From positions 5,084,001 to 5,148,000 of the forward strand of contig CDPCPM010000013.1 of assembly GCA_976551045.1 (NCBI GenBank): a stretch of 64,000 bases of DNA, read 5' to 3'. This document shows, piece after piece, positions 22,648-35,700 of this stretch. The position numbers and the translations under genes were made by a program. Source of the stretch: Glaucostegus cemiculus (taxonomy: Eukaryota). The notes under the pieces were generated by a model that saw nothing but the letters and a program-made list of their open reading frames with translations, did not search any database and was not told the origin of the DNA. How positions within the stretch are numbered: position 1 is the first letter of the stretch; every line of letters starts with the position of its first letter.

Positions 22648-25600
22648 TAAGCCTCCCCAGAACCGGCGGTACCGTCGCGAAAACCAGAATTAAATAAACT
22701 ATGACTTGAGTGGCCTGCCCCTGCGTCACACTGGCTGGACCACTACTGGTTGGTCCAGATCCAAATGAGTCGGCTTCAGCCAGTCAATTGTAAAAACCTC
22801 CTCGCGCCCCCCAATATCCAGCACAAACATAGACCCATTGTCCCTGACGACCCCGAATGGCCCTTTGTACGGCCGCTGCAGCGGTGTTCGGTGTGGCGCC
22901 CCTCCTGATAAAGAGGGACTTGCAGACTCAGAGGGACATCGGCACACAGGTCGGCCGGGGGGGGGGGGGGGGGGGGGGGGTTCTGTGTGTCGTGAGGTGG
23001 GTGTTGGGGCCAAGTTGCCAAGTCGCTCATGGAGCCGGTCGAGTGTCGCAGCCGTTGCTTCCTCTGGCCCCCCGAGGGGCTGGTAGGAACTTGCCGGGGA
23101 TGACCAAGGGCGTTCCGTAGACCATCTCCACGGACATACCTTGCAGGTCCTCTTTTGGTACAGTACGTATCCCCAGCAGGACCCAGGGGAGTTCATCTAC
23201 CCAGTCGGGCCCCTTAAGGTGGGCCATGAGTGCCGACTTCAGGTGACGATGGAACCTCTCCACCAGCCCATTGGATTGTGGATGACAGGCGGGGGTGAGG
23301 TGGGTCTGTGAACTCCACAAGTCGGTGATGGTGGACCACAGGCCGGAGGTGAACTGAGCTCCCCTGCCTGAGGTGATATGGGCTGGTACACCGAAATGGG
23401 CCACCCAAGTTGACAACAGGGCCCGTGCACAGGACTGGGTCGTGAGGGGAACGGCTTCAGGTGAACGGATAAATCAGTTGACAATCGTGAGGAGGTACTG
23501 CGCTCCTCGGGAGACTGGGAGGGGACCGACAAGGTCGACATGGATATGGTCGATCCTCTGGTGAGTAGGTTGAAAGTCTTGCGGGGGGGCCTTGATATGC
23601 TGCTGTGTTTGAGGTTTGACAGTGTGTGCAGGACTGGGCCCACTTGGAAACCTGCTTAGGCAGGCCATGCCAGACGAACTTGTCAGACACCGGCCGGATA
23701 GTAGTCCGGATGGATGGGTGTGCCAGGCCGTGGATGGAATCAAACTTGTCGGTGCCAGGAACAATGGGGCGAGGTTTACCGGTGGAGATATCGCAGAGCA
23801 GGGTGCGCTCACCGGGGCCTACCAGTAGGTCTTGCAGTTGCAGGCCCAAGACAGCAGTGCGATGGCTGGGCATCTCCGTGTCCATTTGTTGTGCCTCAGC
23901 CAAGGCACTGAAATCCACTCCCTGGGACAAGACTTGGATGGTGGGCCGTGACAGTGCATCCGCGACTCCATTCTCTTTCCCGGACAGATGATGGACATCA
24001 GTGGTGTGCTCTGAGATGTATGACAAGTGCCACTGTTGCAGTGCTGACCAGAAATTGGAAACCTTGCTGTAAATGAAGGTCAATGGCCTGTGGTCAGTGA
24101 AAGCTGTAAATGGCCTGCTCTCTAGGAAGTACTGGAAGTGTCTGATGGCCAGGTACAACGCCAACGGTTCGTGGATGAAGTGCTATATTTGAGCTCTGGC
24201 GGTCGAAGATGTCTGCTAAAGAACGCCAGCAGCTGCCAACACCGTTCGATTAACTGCTCTAGAACACCACCGACTGCTGTGCTGGAGGTGTCGACTGTGA
24301 GGGCAGTTGGGACGTCCATACAAGGGTGCACTAACATGACCGCGTCCGCCAAGGCCTGCTTGGTTTTGACGAATGCAGTGTCAGCCTCCTCCAACCAAAC
24401 AATGTCCTTGCCTCCACCCGCCAGGAGAGCAAACAGCGGGCTCATGATGCGGGCCGCGGATGGTAGGAACCAGTGATAAAAGTTTACCATACTGAGAAAT
24501 TCTTGTAGGCCCTTGATGGAGGTGGGTCTGGCAAAGTGGTGGATGACGTCGACCTCTGCCAGCAGGAGCAAGACGCTATGTTTGTCAACCCAATGGCCCA
24601 GGAAATCGATTGTCTTGAGTCCAAACTGGCATTTGGCCGGATTGACGGTCAGGCCAAAATCCCTCAGGTGAGAACAGAGTTGATGGAGGTGCGTGAGATG
24701 CTCCTGGCGGCTGCTGCTGGTGATCAAGATGTCATTGAGTTATATGCAGACGAAGTCAAGGTCACACCCGACCGTGTCCATCAATTGTTGAAAGAACTGA
24801 GCAGCATTCTTGAGGCCAAAGGACATCCGAACAAATTCAAAAAGGACAAAAAGTGTGATCAGCGCCGTCTTCGGAATGTCATCCGGATGTATCGGGATCT
24901 GATGATCGCCGCGGATGAGGTTGATCTTGGAGAAAATGGACCATCCATGCAGGTTGGCAGCGAAGTCCTGAATATGCGGCATGGGATACCGGTCCGGGGT
25001 AGTTACATCATTCAGGCATCGGTAATCACCACGTGGTTGCCAGCAAGTAGCAGAGAGGCCCATGGGCTGTCCGACCTGCAGGTGATCCCCAACTCCATCT
25101 TCTTGAACTCTTCCTTTGTGAGGCAGAGCTTGTCCGGGGTAGCCGTCAGGCACAGGCGTGGAGGGGTGGGCCCTGGGTGGGGATGTGGTGTTGGATGCCG
25201 TGCTTGGGCATAGTGGAGGAGAACTGGGGCATTAGTACAGACGGGAACTCTGCCAGGACCCTGGAGAACTCATTGGCCGATGTGGTGACAGAGTCAAGTT
25301 GTGGGGCCGGTAGCTTGGCCTCACCCAATGAGAACATTTGGAATGTTCTGACATGTACCAAACGCTTACCCCACAGGTCCACCAGCAGACTGTTGGCGTG
25401 AAGGAAATCTGTCGAAGAGTGATTGTGCAACAGCAGCCAGGATGAATGTCCAGGTAAAGCTGCTGGTGCCAAACTGGAGTTGCATTGAACGGGTGACCAC
25501 CGGAGCGTTGATCCCACACATACAAGAGGCTATCAGGGTGGCCAGTTGCCGTAGCCATTAGCAGCAGCTGGTCCTGGCGTTACCCAGAAACCTGCATGGT

Positions 25601-26277
25601 GGCCGGCACCTGCAGGCATCTGCACCCCACCGCTGGTGGTAGAAACACCATTGATCGGTCGGCGTCTCAGAGCTGGTGGCGGGTGGGGTGCAGTCGATTG
25701 CTGGGTCTGGTCTGCTGGGCCACTGAGTACGTGGCATGGCAACACACCCAACAGATGCCCTACTCTCCTTCTTTGCCCGCCAGGGGGAGGGGGGGGTGGG
25801 GTCGCTGAAGTCGGCATCTGCCAGGAGCAGGTGAATGTCGTCTGGTAACTGCTCCAGTAAGGCCTGTTCAAACAGGAAGCAGGATTTGTGGCCGTCTGCC
25901 AGGGCCAGCATCTCATGTGTGCCAAGGGGGATCTGTCACCTAACCCATCGAGGTGGAGGAGGCAGGAGGTGCATTGGGAGAGGCTGAAAGTGTCAAGGAA
26001 GGTAGGTCTTGAACTTATCATACTTCTCTTCCTCCAGGGGCACCTGAATGAAATCCTCGACCTGGGCTGCAGTCTCTTAGTCAAGGGCGCTCACCACGTG
26101 GTAGTACTTGGTGTCGTCCCTGGTGATCTGGCAAATCTGGAACTGGGCCTTGGCCTGGTCGAACCAGACATGCGGCTGGAGGATCCAGAAGGTGGGCAGT
26201 GTAAGGGCTACTGCCTGTACCTCTTGCTGCACAGACATAGTGGGTCCAAAAACATTTGGGCCCGTCGAGGTCACCGA

Positions 26278-26550
26278 TGTAGCAGCTAGCTACACTATTA
26301 CAAAATGAAGACACAGAGTCAGAAGTTGAATGAATGACCAGGGTGCAGTTCCCCTTTTAATACCTGAAGGCTTCCCACGCTACAGAACCCATGCTGTCAT
26401 CACACGCTGGTCACCTGACCTTCCCGCGCATGGGTTTTCCCCGCCCAAGGATGAAAGAGGAGGAGGGCCCCGCGCCATCCTGAGTCGGGGCCTCCAATGA
26501 CGCTCACGATGTCGGGAGCTGGTTCGATACCTGTAAGGCAAGTCACTACA
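26278..26550 (-). repeat. 5' LTR of element B
   Basis: Begins tgtagcagctagctaca and ends ctaca; adjacent to the degenerate Trp PBS. Confidence 0.9.
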
Positions 26551-27102
26551 GTGTTGATTAACAGAAACATCTGTCTTTTCCTGTGTAGTTATAATAGTAC
26601 AGAATCAGCAAGTCCCACATCCAATGGCTAGTTTTGATGGCCCTGAAGTAACAATGGATGTTACATTGTTTGATAAAGTATTTGACAAGTGTCAATGGAA
26701 ACTAACAAAACAAATCTCTTCTAAATTAAACCCCTTAAGTGGCCTCCTGCTGTGAACCAGCAGCTGAATTCTTAAAGACAATGTATCTGATCACTGCAGG
26801 GAGGTTACTTGTAGACGTTTTTGTCTGAAGATTGGTTGCCTTTTAAATTAAAAAGATGCTACCCCCATTCTATAATTCCTGAAGATATTTACATTTTGGC
26901 AATTAACTTTTCACTCTTGAAAAATGCTTAAAAGACTTGTGGGAGTAGTTGCATTAAAGTAGGATTTCCACGAGTCTTGTTTTCCATAACCCGTGGAGCC
27001 CCTGTATCCACCACCATTTCTTGTGCTCTTGCAAACACCTCAACATTCGATACACAACTTTTCACTCACACATTGTGCATCACATTACTCTTATCCATGC
27101 CC

Positions 27103-27730
27103 CAGAATCAGTTTATTGTCACTTTCATGTATACATGAAGGCGAGATATCGTACTCCACAGGCAAATGTGCAAAAGACATTAAAGACAATAAAAGACAAC
27201 AGGACAAAAGCATCAAAACATTGGAGCCGCATGGACTTGGGTCTGCTGGTACAACACGTCTCCCAGAACCTCAACATTACACCTCCCAGCCCCAGCCTCA
27301 CCCTGAACCGACGACCACCTCCAGCCCCCGCAGTCCTACAACCTCCGACAGCCCACAGTCGGACAACCACCTCTGGCCCCGCAGTCCAATCCGATGACCA
27401 CCTCCGGCCCTGCAGTCCGACGACCTCAGGCTCCTCAGGCCGACCACCTCCGGCCTGGGCAGGCCGACCACCGCCCGCATCCCGACGCCACCACAAGACT
27501 CCAGGGCCTTCGACACGCTGTCGCCTCCGATGAGCTCCGACGAGCTGTCGGTGCCATCAGCATAGACAACGACTCCATAAAACGGACACCAAGCACACAA
27601 ACATCAAGAACAAACATCAGGAACAAAGAACACAAAAAAAACAGCACAAAAACACTAAAAGACTAACAAAAAACACAAAGCACTACAGACCCGGGAGAGA
27701 CCGCTGCAACCGTGTGCGCCGCCATCTTGG
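27103..27730 (-). mobile_element. Short non-autonomous LINE derivative (YY1-motif 5' end, internal GC-rich repeats, Rex1-like tail)
   Basis: Minus strand starts CCAAGATGGCGGCG and ends gtgacaataaactgattctg. It has no RT remnant and no tRNA head. Confidence 0.6.
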
Positions 27731-27744
27731 AATTTTAATGCACA

Positions 27745-28350
27745 TTAAAATTCAACCTGCCATGTGACTGCCTATTTTAAATCATTCTGCTAATGTCATC
27801 CTGAGATTTATTACTTTTCTGTTCACTATTTGTCACTGCACTGAGTTTTGTGTCACCTGTAAACTTTGACCTGCTACTTCATCTATCCAAGCACAGACCA
27901 TTTATCTGCAAAACACAAGACCAATGATCCTACACCATAGTCCTGGGAAACCTTTCTTGCCATTTACAGCAACAACTATTTATCGCTACTCTTTGCCAAT
28001 ATTCCTTGGCCAAGCAGATGCCCAATTTACCACTGTCTGTTAATACTACAAGCTTTCATCTTCCAAATTTGTTATGAGATATCAGGTCAAATACCTATTA
28101 AAGTCTGTTTGTACTCAAGACACATGCATTCCCTTTATCAGCCCATCAATGATATTACTTAAGTTAATTGGATATAATTTTCCTTTAACAAATCAGTATT
28201 AGTTTTTCCTATATAAACTCATTCTTCTGCAAGTGAGAATTGTTTGTTCTTGATTGTCTTTTACAGCTTTCCCACCACTGGCATTTGGTTCTTTAGCCTA
28301 AGTTTGTCCTTTTTCCCTTTATTGAATATTAGAAAACCATTGTGACCTTT
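27745..28350 (-). mobile_element. Very old CR1 RT remnant
   Basis: gtgtcacctgtaaactt is a decayed KFADDT, and other co-linear traces follow. Confidence 0.5.
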
Positions 28351-28759
28351 GTCTTCTGAGATGAAGGAGAACCAAAGATGAGTAGAGTTTATTTTATATC
28401 CAACTTATATTTCCTCAGCAACCAAGGAAGATGAAAACAGAAAAGTCAGGTCTACATGTAGAGAAATAATTGCAAAGCTTAAAAGAAAAGAAACCAGTTA
28501 AACAGGTACCAGCTTTTGGATGAGAAGGCTAGAGCCAATGAGGCTAATTTACCCCTGCTTCTAAAGTTAGCCTGAAAATCTGGCACATTGCCATCCCTGG
28601 AGAAGCTTCCATCAACACTCCTGCAAATTTATCTTAATTACTTAGAGAAGTTAATTTAAAAGGGAAGTGTGAGATGCTAAATTTTCCACAGGAAGAACTA
28701 AACAAGGCAGTATAACAAAGAGTATAATATTGAAGTACAGGTTAAGAAAGTAATTACAA

Positions 28760-29845
28760 GAAAACATTTGGCATCTTTAGCACAGAGCATAAAAATAAGG
28801 AAGGTTGAATGTCTATAACTTGATAGTTCAGCTGTAAATGAAGTATTGAACCCTATTCTGCCATTGCACGATGGGAGAGAATCAAAGGCCTAGGTAAAGT
28901 GCAGAATAGATTTACTGGAATGGTTCTAGAAAAGAAGGATTTCAGTTACGCAGATAGCTTAGAAAAGCTATGGATGGCTTCATGGCAGAGGAGATTTACA
29001 AGGATGCTGCCTGGAATGTGGAGCATGCCTTACGAAAGCAGATTGAGGAGAAACTCAGCCTTTTCTCTTTAGAGGGATGGAGGATGGGGTGGGGGGAGGA
29101 GGAGGAACCTGAGAGAGGTATATAAGATGACGAGAGGTATTGATCGGGTAGATAGTCAGAGGCTTTTCCCCAGAGCTGTAATGGTGGCCACAAGAGGACA
29201 TAGGTTTAAGGTGCTGGGGAGTAGATATAGAAGAGATGTCAGGGAAAAGTTTTGTTTTTTTTTTTACTCAGAGTGGCGAGTGCGTGGAACGGGCTGCTGG
29301 TAACAGTGGTGGAGGTGGATATGATAGGGTCTTTCAAGAGACCGTTGGATAGGTACATGGAGCTGAGTAAAATAGATGGCTATGGGTAAGCATAGTAATT
29401 TCTAAGGTAGAGACATGTTCGGCACAGCTTTGTGGGCTGAATTGTGCTGTAGATTTTCCATGTTCTTCTGAATAGAAAAGGCTGATGAAAAGTTAATAGT
29501 TCATAATCATGAAACATCTGGACCAGGTAATTAAAGAGTAATTGTGCCCATTAATTTAAGGGTCAAGAACCAAAGGACTCAGAATTAAGGTGACTGACAA
29601 AAAAAAACAATGGAAGTGTGAGAAAGAACTTTGCTTTATGCAATGAGTAGTTATCCAGAATGTACTGCCTGAAAGTACAGTGAAAGCAAATTCAATCAAG
29701 CTTTTAAGGAAGAAATTAACAAGTATTTGAGGAAAAAAAACAGGCTGAATCATAAAGAGCCATGAAACGGAGAAAACTGAATTACTCTTTCAAAAAACCA
29801 GCATGGACTTGATGACAAAATGGGCTCCTTCTGTGCTGTAATGAA
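28760..29845 (+). mobile_element. Old CR1 3' region with a younger CR1 3' end nested at about 28990-29466
   Basis: The old copy breaks after agaaaagctatgg and resumes at gaatagaaaaggctga. The inner copy runs from gagatttacaaggatgctgcctgga to ttgtgctgtagattttccatgttct. Confidence 0.75.
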
Positions 29846-30798
29846 TCTAAAACTATAGTCTCAAGTTCAGACTACTTACCTTGCCATGATACAGTTTCCT
29901 TCCAAAAATTATCTGAATATCACTTTCCCCAACCCTCACTTAAGAAAGGCCAAACAGTATATGTTGCTTCTAGTATTACAAAGAAAGAAGGATGTCAGGC
30001 TGATGGGAAATAAAGCTGAGGTGATGGTGTTTTAAAAAAAAAAGAAAATTGGACCCAGCTGGAGTTGATAATTAGGAGACAGCCTAGGTCATCTCTTTAA
30101 ATGTCAATCAATAAAATTAATTAGTCAATTAAGTCATAATGGATGACTGCATGTACTGTACAAGGAAACTGAGGACAGACAAGATAACTGAAGGACAAGC
30201 AATGGGTCAAGTCCTTCATTTGTTCTCCTTGTCTCAAATGCATAATGCAGTATATAAAAAAAATCCATTAATATCTCTTTGTCACACTGAAACATTAACC
30301 CAAGTGTGAGAAAATTGTCAAAGTAAAAGTTCTAAAGACAAAAGTTAGCACTGAGTTAGGAATAGAGAAACAGACAGAATGCTCATGGAGTAAATCGGTC
30401 AATGAATTTAATTGCTTGTTCTATATTCATAAGTTTTACTTGAATTAAAAATAGAATATAATTTGTGAATTCATTCAGCACTTTCTAGTACAACCACTGA
30501 GGCCTTTTCAGCTCTTCCCACAAATTATTTGGGGTTGCAAAACATTTTACATGCAAAACAACAATTTTCTTGCATTTCCCCCAATATTACATACTTTGTC
30601 CTTTGCTAGAAATACACTCTAGTCAATGCTAGAGAAATGCAGGAAGACAAACTAGACTGTGGTGAATCAAAGCTCACTTCATGGATTTTCTATTTCTTTG
30701 TTTTAATATTCTTCAGTGACTTTCAACAGGACGAATATTCATAGTAGCAGGGTATACTGAATGTTTTGTTATCCCAAGACAATTTTCTATCCTGAACA

Positions 30799-31092
30799 GG
30801 CATGGTAGTGTAGCAGTTAATGTAGCGTTTTACAGCGCCAGTGACCCAGGTTCAATTCCAGCCACTGTCTGTTAGGAGTTTGTACATTCTCCCTGTGTCT
30901 GCATGGGTTTCCTTTGGGTGCTCCAGTTTCCTCCCACATTCCAAAGATGTACAGGTTAGGAAGTTGTGGGCATGTTATGCTGGCTCCGGAAGTGTGGCGA
31001 CACTTGTGGGCTGCCCCCAGAACACTACACAAAAAGATGCATTTCACTGTGTGTTTTGATGTACATGTGACTAATAAAGATATCTTATCTTA
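30799..31092 (+). mobile_element. V-SINE, second subfamily (Rex1-like tail)
   Basis: Head ggcatggtagtgtagc, B box ggttcaattcc, V-domain, and tail gtacatgtgactaataaagatatcttatctta. Confidence 0.9.
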
Positions 31093-32227
31093 TCAAGAAT
31101 GGCTGAATTTCACAGGATGATCGTACCATCAGTTTTCAACATTTCTCATGCTGATATCTAGGATTCTTTGCCTTATTGTGCATAATTGGACTATCTTTAC
31201 CCCTCTAACAACACCTGTATATTTCTATGTTATTAGAGAATCACCTGCAATAGGTTATCCTGGTATCTCTGATACCCCCAAAGAGTCAACTTTCTCTCTT
31301 CTGTTTGTCAACTCTATGTTCCCCTTTGGCGATTGCAAACAAAAATAGATTGGCCTAGAAACTAGAAATTCTTGTGCACCATTATGGAAGCTCACTGAGC
31401 AGCACCCTAATTATTGCTTCACGTGGGGCCCACACCTGTAAACTTCAGTAGCATCTAGTCAGGGTTTAAAGCCTCAGATGCAACTGAACTCATATTCCAT
31501 GGGTGTGAAGGAAAATTCACCAGGAAAACTGACACTAGGTCCAGGAGTTAAGTCAGGAGAGGTCATGTCAGTTGGAGACCATATTGGGTCCTCCACTGGG
31601 CAAATAGAAGGTTGGGGAATATCAAGACTTCAGCCCATCAGGGAAAATCAGACCATCGAGACACTGGACTGTTGGGCTATTGGGGGCTGTGACTATCAGG
31701 AGGTTTTATCAGTCAGTCAGAGACCCTGAAGGATGGGAGGTACGTATGATAACTTAGAAGAATCCCAATCTATTGTTGTGCTGTGAAACCATGGTTGTCC
31801 TGGGAGTGATTAATGATGCTTTCACCCACAACAATCTGGATTAATTTTTCCAGAAAAAGTCTAAAAGCCTCTCACTTGATACACTTCAAATGTTGCAAGC
31901 ATGACTCACATGCTTAAGCTTGCAGAGTGATAGAATTTCAGTACTATAGAGCTGAAATAAATAATGCTATCTGGTTGAGTTTTGGGGCTAGTGTTATTTT
32001 CCACATGTACATGCAACACCCAACTTTTCTTCACCGTCTCAGTGGCTCCATACTTTGATTTGTAGTATCAACTGTAATAACAGCTTGTGTTGAATGACCT
32101 GAAATTCCTTCCATTTGTATATTGGATATGTGGAAGCCATTTGCTCCAATACTTATGAGGAGAGAGCAGTGAAACAAAACATGGTTGCAGAAGATTCATG
32201 ATATTCTGCAATTGCAAAAGTCATGTT

Positions 32228-33830
32228 GACTTTGAGGTGGATAAATCCCCAGGGTTTGACCAAGTGCATCCTCAGATTTTGTGGGAGGCTAGAGAAGAAA
32301 TTGTGGAGGCCCTCGTAAAGATATTTGCTTCATCGTTAGCCACTGGTGAAGTTCCTGAAGACTGGAAGATGACTAAAATTGTTCCATGGTTTAAGAAGTG
32401 TAGCAAGGACTAACCAGGGAACAACAGGCCTGTCAGCCTAACTTCAGAAGTGGGAAAGTTACTGGAGAAAATTCTGAGGGACAGGATTTACCAGCATTTG
32501 GATAGACAAAATCTGATTAGGATGAGTCAGCATGGCTTTGTTCACGGAAAGCCATATTTGATGAATCGTTTAAGTTTATTGAAGAGGTAACCAAAAGGGC
32601 AGATGAAGGTAGTGCAGTAGATGTTGTCTGTTTGGACTCTAGCAATGCCTTTGACAAGATCCAGCCTGGTAGGCTGTTCTGGAAGGTTTGGTCCCATGGA
32701 ATCCAGGGATAGCTATTTAGGTGGATTCACAATTAGCTCAGAGATAGGAGACAGAGAATGGTGGTTGAAGGTTGTTTCTCGGAATGGAGGCCTATGACTA
32801 GTGGTGTGCCACAGGGGTTGGTGTTGGGACTCTTGTTATTTATTATTTATATCAATGATTTGGAATGCAAATGCACAAGGCTTGACCAGTAAGTTTGTGG
32901 ATGACACAAAATTAGGAGGTGTTGTTGATAGTGAAGAAGGTTATCGTACATTACAGGGAGATCTTGATCACTTACAGAAGTGGCTGGGGAGTGGTAAACG
33001 GATTTCAGTACAGATAAGCATGAGGTGATGCATTTTGGAAAGTCAAATCAGTGTAGGACTTATACTGCGAATGGTAGGGCACCAGAGAGTGCAATGGAAC
33101 AGAGGGACCTAGGAGTACAAATGCATAGTTCATTGAAAGCAGTGTCACAAGTAAACAAGGCGGTGATAAAAACATTCAGCACACTGGTCTTCGTCAATCA
33201 AGGCAATGAGAATAGGAGTTGGGATATTATATTGTAGTTGTATAAGTCATTGGTGAGGCTGTACTTGCAGTACTGTGTACAGTTTTGGTCACCCTGCTAT
33301 AGGAAAGATGTGGTTAAACTGAAAAGAGTGCTGAAAAGAATTACAGGGATGTTGCCAGGACTAGAGGACCTGAGTTATCAGGAGAGGTTGGCCAGGCTAG
33401 GTCTTTATTCCTTGGAACGGAGTAGAATGAGGGCCAACCTTATAGAAATGTTTAAAATTATGAGAAGCATAGATAAGGTGGATGGTAACAGTCTTTTCCT
33501 CAGGGTAGGTGAGTCCAAAGCAAGGAAACATAGATTTAGGGTGAGAGGGGAAAGATTTAAAAGACACATGAGGGGAAACTTCTTCATGCAGAGGATGGTG
33601 AGTATAGGATACTATTGTCCCTGCCTCAACCACTTCCTGCCAGAGGAAGTGGTTCAGGTAGGTACAATAGCATCATTTAAGAAGAACTTGGATAGGTACA
33701 TGGAGGGGTGGGGCTTGGAGGGATATGGGCTGAACACAGGAACTTGGAACTAGCTGGGTGGACAATGTGCTTGGCATGGATTTGTTGGGCTGAATCTCTG
33801 TGCTGTATTGCTCTATGATCCTATAACTTT
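32228..33830 (+). mobile_element. CR1 LINE, RT to 3' end, degenerate
   Basis: DKSPGFDQVHPQIL, KFVDDT, LYKSLVR..YCVQFWSP, RGNFFMQR and a CR1 tail. Confidence 0.92.
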
Positions 33831-34479
33831 AACATGGAGCCATATGATTTTTTATATATATTTTGTTTCCTGCCAGCCATTGCATAAATCATGTATGATC
33901 CATGGCAATGAGGAAAGATCAGAGTTGGTACAGAGCACAAAAATCAGAATCAAGGTGAAGATCAGGGTAGCTGTGAGGGTCAGATCCCAATGATTGGAAA
34001 ACATTGCCTGAGGAAAGGTTTGAAGGTTCGAGAGGGGTTGGAGAAAGGGATTGGCTGATCATGGTAATAAGGAGAAGACAACATTTACAGGAGTACCTGA
34101 GGACCTAAAGAAGGCACCATGGCTCCTTCCTGATCACAAGCAGTCATAGATTCTTGATGCAGAACCTCCATTTAATTGCTGAGAAACTGAAGCAGCCAGG
34201 TTTACACTAAAGTGAGGAACTAAGCTGCATAAGAGAACATTTATTTACATACAATTGCAAAGAGTCTCACATCATTCTACTGTGGCATTGACATGCCATG
34301 TAGCTTATCAGATAAAAATGGTTTTAGTCACATATACAATAATTTGGTTTTGCAATTTTAGGTTTTTTTAAAATCTGTCCTTCCCACTTTCTCCTGAATA
34401 TTGTGGTGGATTAGTATCTTTCATGCTGACTTTGTCAAAGTCTATTCCCTAACCAATTGAAACCATTTCTCGCCTTGCC

Positions 34480-34710
34480 ACTGACTCAGGCTTTGTAATT
34501 TTTATATACTATTAGACCCCAGGTTAAGCTTCTGATCCCACGTCCTTGTCTGTCAGTAAGACCGCCTGTTTCCATCTCTGTAACATTGCTGGTCTCTAGC
34601 CCTGGCTCCTTCAGCTTTGGAAACACTCCTCTGTGTCTTTGTTCCCTTCAGACATTACTTTTCTAATGCAGTCCTGGCTGGCCTCCCAATTCTTCATAAG
34701 CTTGCCGTGA
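34480..34710 (+). mobile_element. L2 LINE remnant
   Basis: KTACFHLCNIA and ETLLCVFVPFRHYFSNAVLAGLP, matching L2 ETLIHAFVTSRLDYSNALLAGLP. Confidence 0.7.
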
Positions 34711-35494
34711 ATTGATGTTGGCACCTGGTGATATCCATGTTAGTGAGTCCATTGCCAAGAAGCAATAGAGCAGAAATAACTGTGAATGTAAATTTATTTA
34801 TTTTTTACTTTGGATCCTCATTTAGATGTTGTTGTGATTTTGTTTGTGTTCCTGCTTCATAGAATAATAAAGTACATTCTTAAGATGTTCATCTTAAACT
34901 GCCTCCAGTCAAGCTTTTCAGGTCAGGTCCTGTACAAGAATCAACAAGTATTTGTCCAGACCATGTACAGAACTGCCTGAAAGTAGCATCAGGCAGGCCT
35001 TGTGTGTCTGTGAAGAGCTAAGGCTCACCTCCCACTGCCCCCCCACCCATCCAACTCTCTAATTTTCAATAGCTGATGACTCATTTTTCAGCAGAAATGC
35101 AGTAAACCAACACCCGGCTTGATAGTTCATTTAACATGACATGGAAATTCAGCTTTTCTAAACTTCACCAGCAAAGTTCCACTCAAAAAATCTATTGAAG
35201 ATCTCCATTGGTTCACTGAGACTGGTGCCCCAGCTTTGTTATTCAATAACATGTCAAAAACTGCAAAGGCAATAAGAATGCACATTGAATCCAGTTAAAG
35301 ATCTCTGTGAGTGCTTATTGACTGATAAGACCATATCAACATGTTATTGCATCTAAATGTTTACACATTGTTTAATATTGTCCTAAAGTAAAAGTGTCAT
35401 TTCCCTTGCTTGATAAATATTTTGCATTTGGAACAGTGAAACAGAAGCAAGCTAATCATTCTTTCAGTCTGCTCCAGAGCTGGCCAAACTGACT

Positions 35495-35700
35495 ATTAAA
35501 CTGTCTACCCTCGAAAGGTGGATGTGACAGATTCCAAAGAACTTTGCACAAGAGTTCTCACCTGTGACTGGGACAAAATATGATTAAAGATTGCAATTTC
35601 TAAATAGTTAATTTAGTTTGTTTCTTGTTGTTGTTTGCGCAAAAATGGATTGGCTTATATTACTGTGCTGTAATGGTAGTAGTACATCAATAAGACTTCC
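35495..35700 (+). mobile_element. Deu-SINE remnant
   Basis: aggtggatgtgacagattcc..gagttctcacctgtg..tgcgcaaaaatgg. Confidence 0.4.

Larger units (their letters stand above)
22374..26550 (-). mobile_element. Second, older CsRn1/Kabuki-type Gypsy element (element B), complete domain order but heavily mutated
   Basis: LTRs at 22374-22647 and 26278-26550, degenerate TSD GAGT/GTGT, PBS TCGGTGACCTCGACG. Gag has WCFYHQRWGADACRCRPPC. RT and RH are present, and IN has HGLAHP..CTHCQ, HIHVDLVGPL and NGLVERFHR. Confidence 0.93.

Noticed and set aside
22957-22980. G24 run giving poly-Pro/poly-Gly ORFs, a possible G-quadruplex
   Set aside because: It is a homopolymer expansion or sequencing error inside a dead integrase tail.
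24536-25213. 225-aa + strand ORF
   Set aside because: It is antisense to the GC-rich Gypsy RT, where stop-poor reverse frames are expected.
27021-27666. Overlapping Pro/Arg-rich ORFs on both strands
   Set aside because: They are a by-product of GC-rich tandem repeats. The repeats have no constant repeat-spacer structure, so this is not CRISPR-like.
29880-29969. Minus-strand 90-nt segment with a good acceptor and GTAAGT donor
   Set aside because: All three frames contain stops. It could be a UTR or lncRNA exon, but nothing else supports it.
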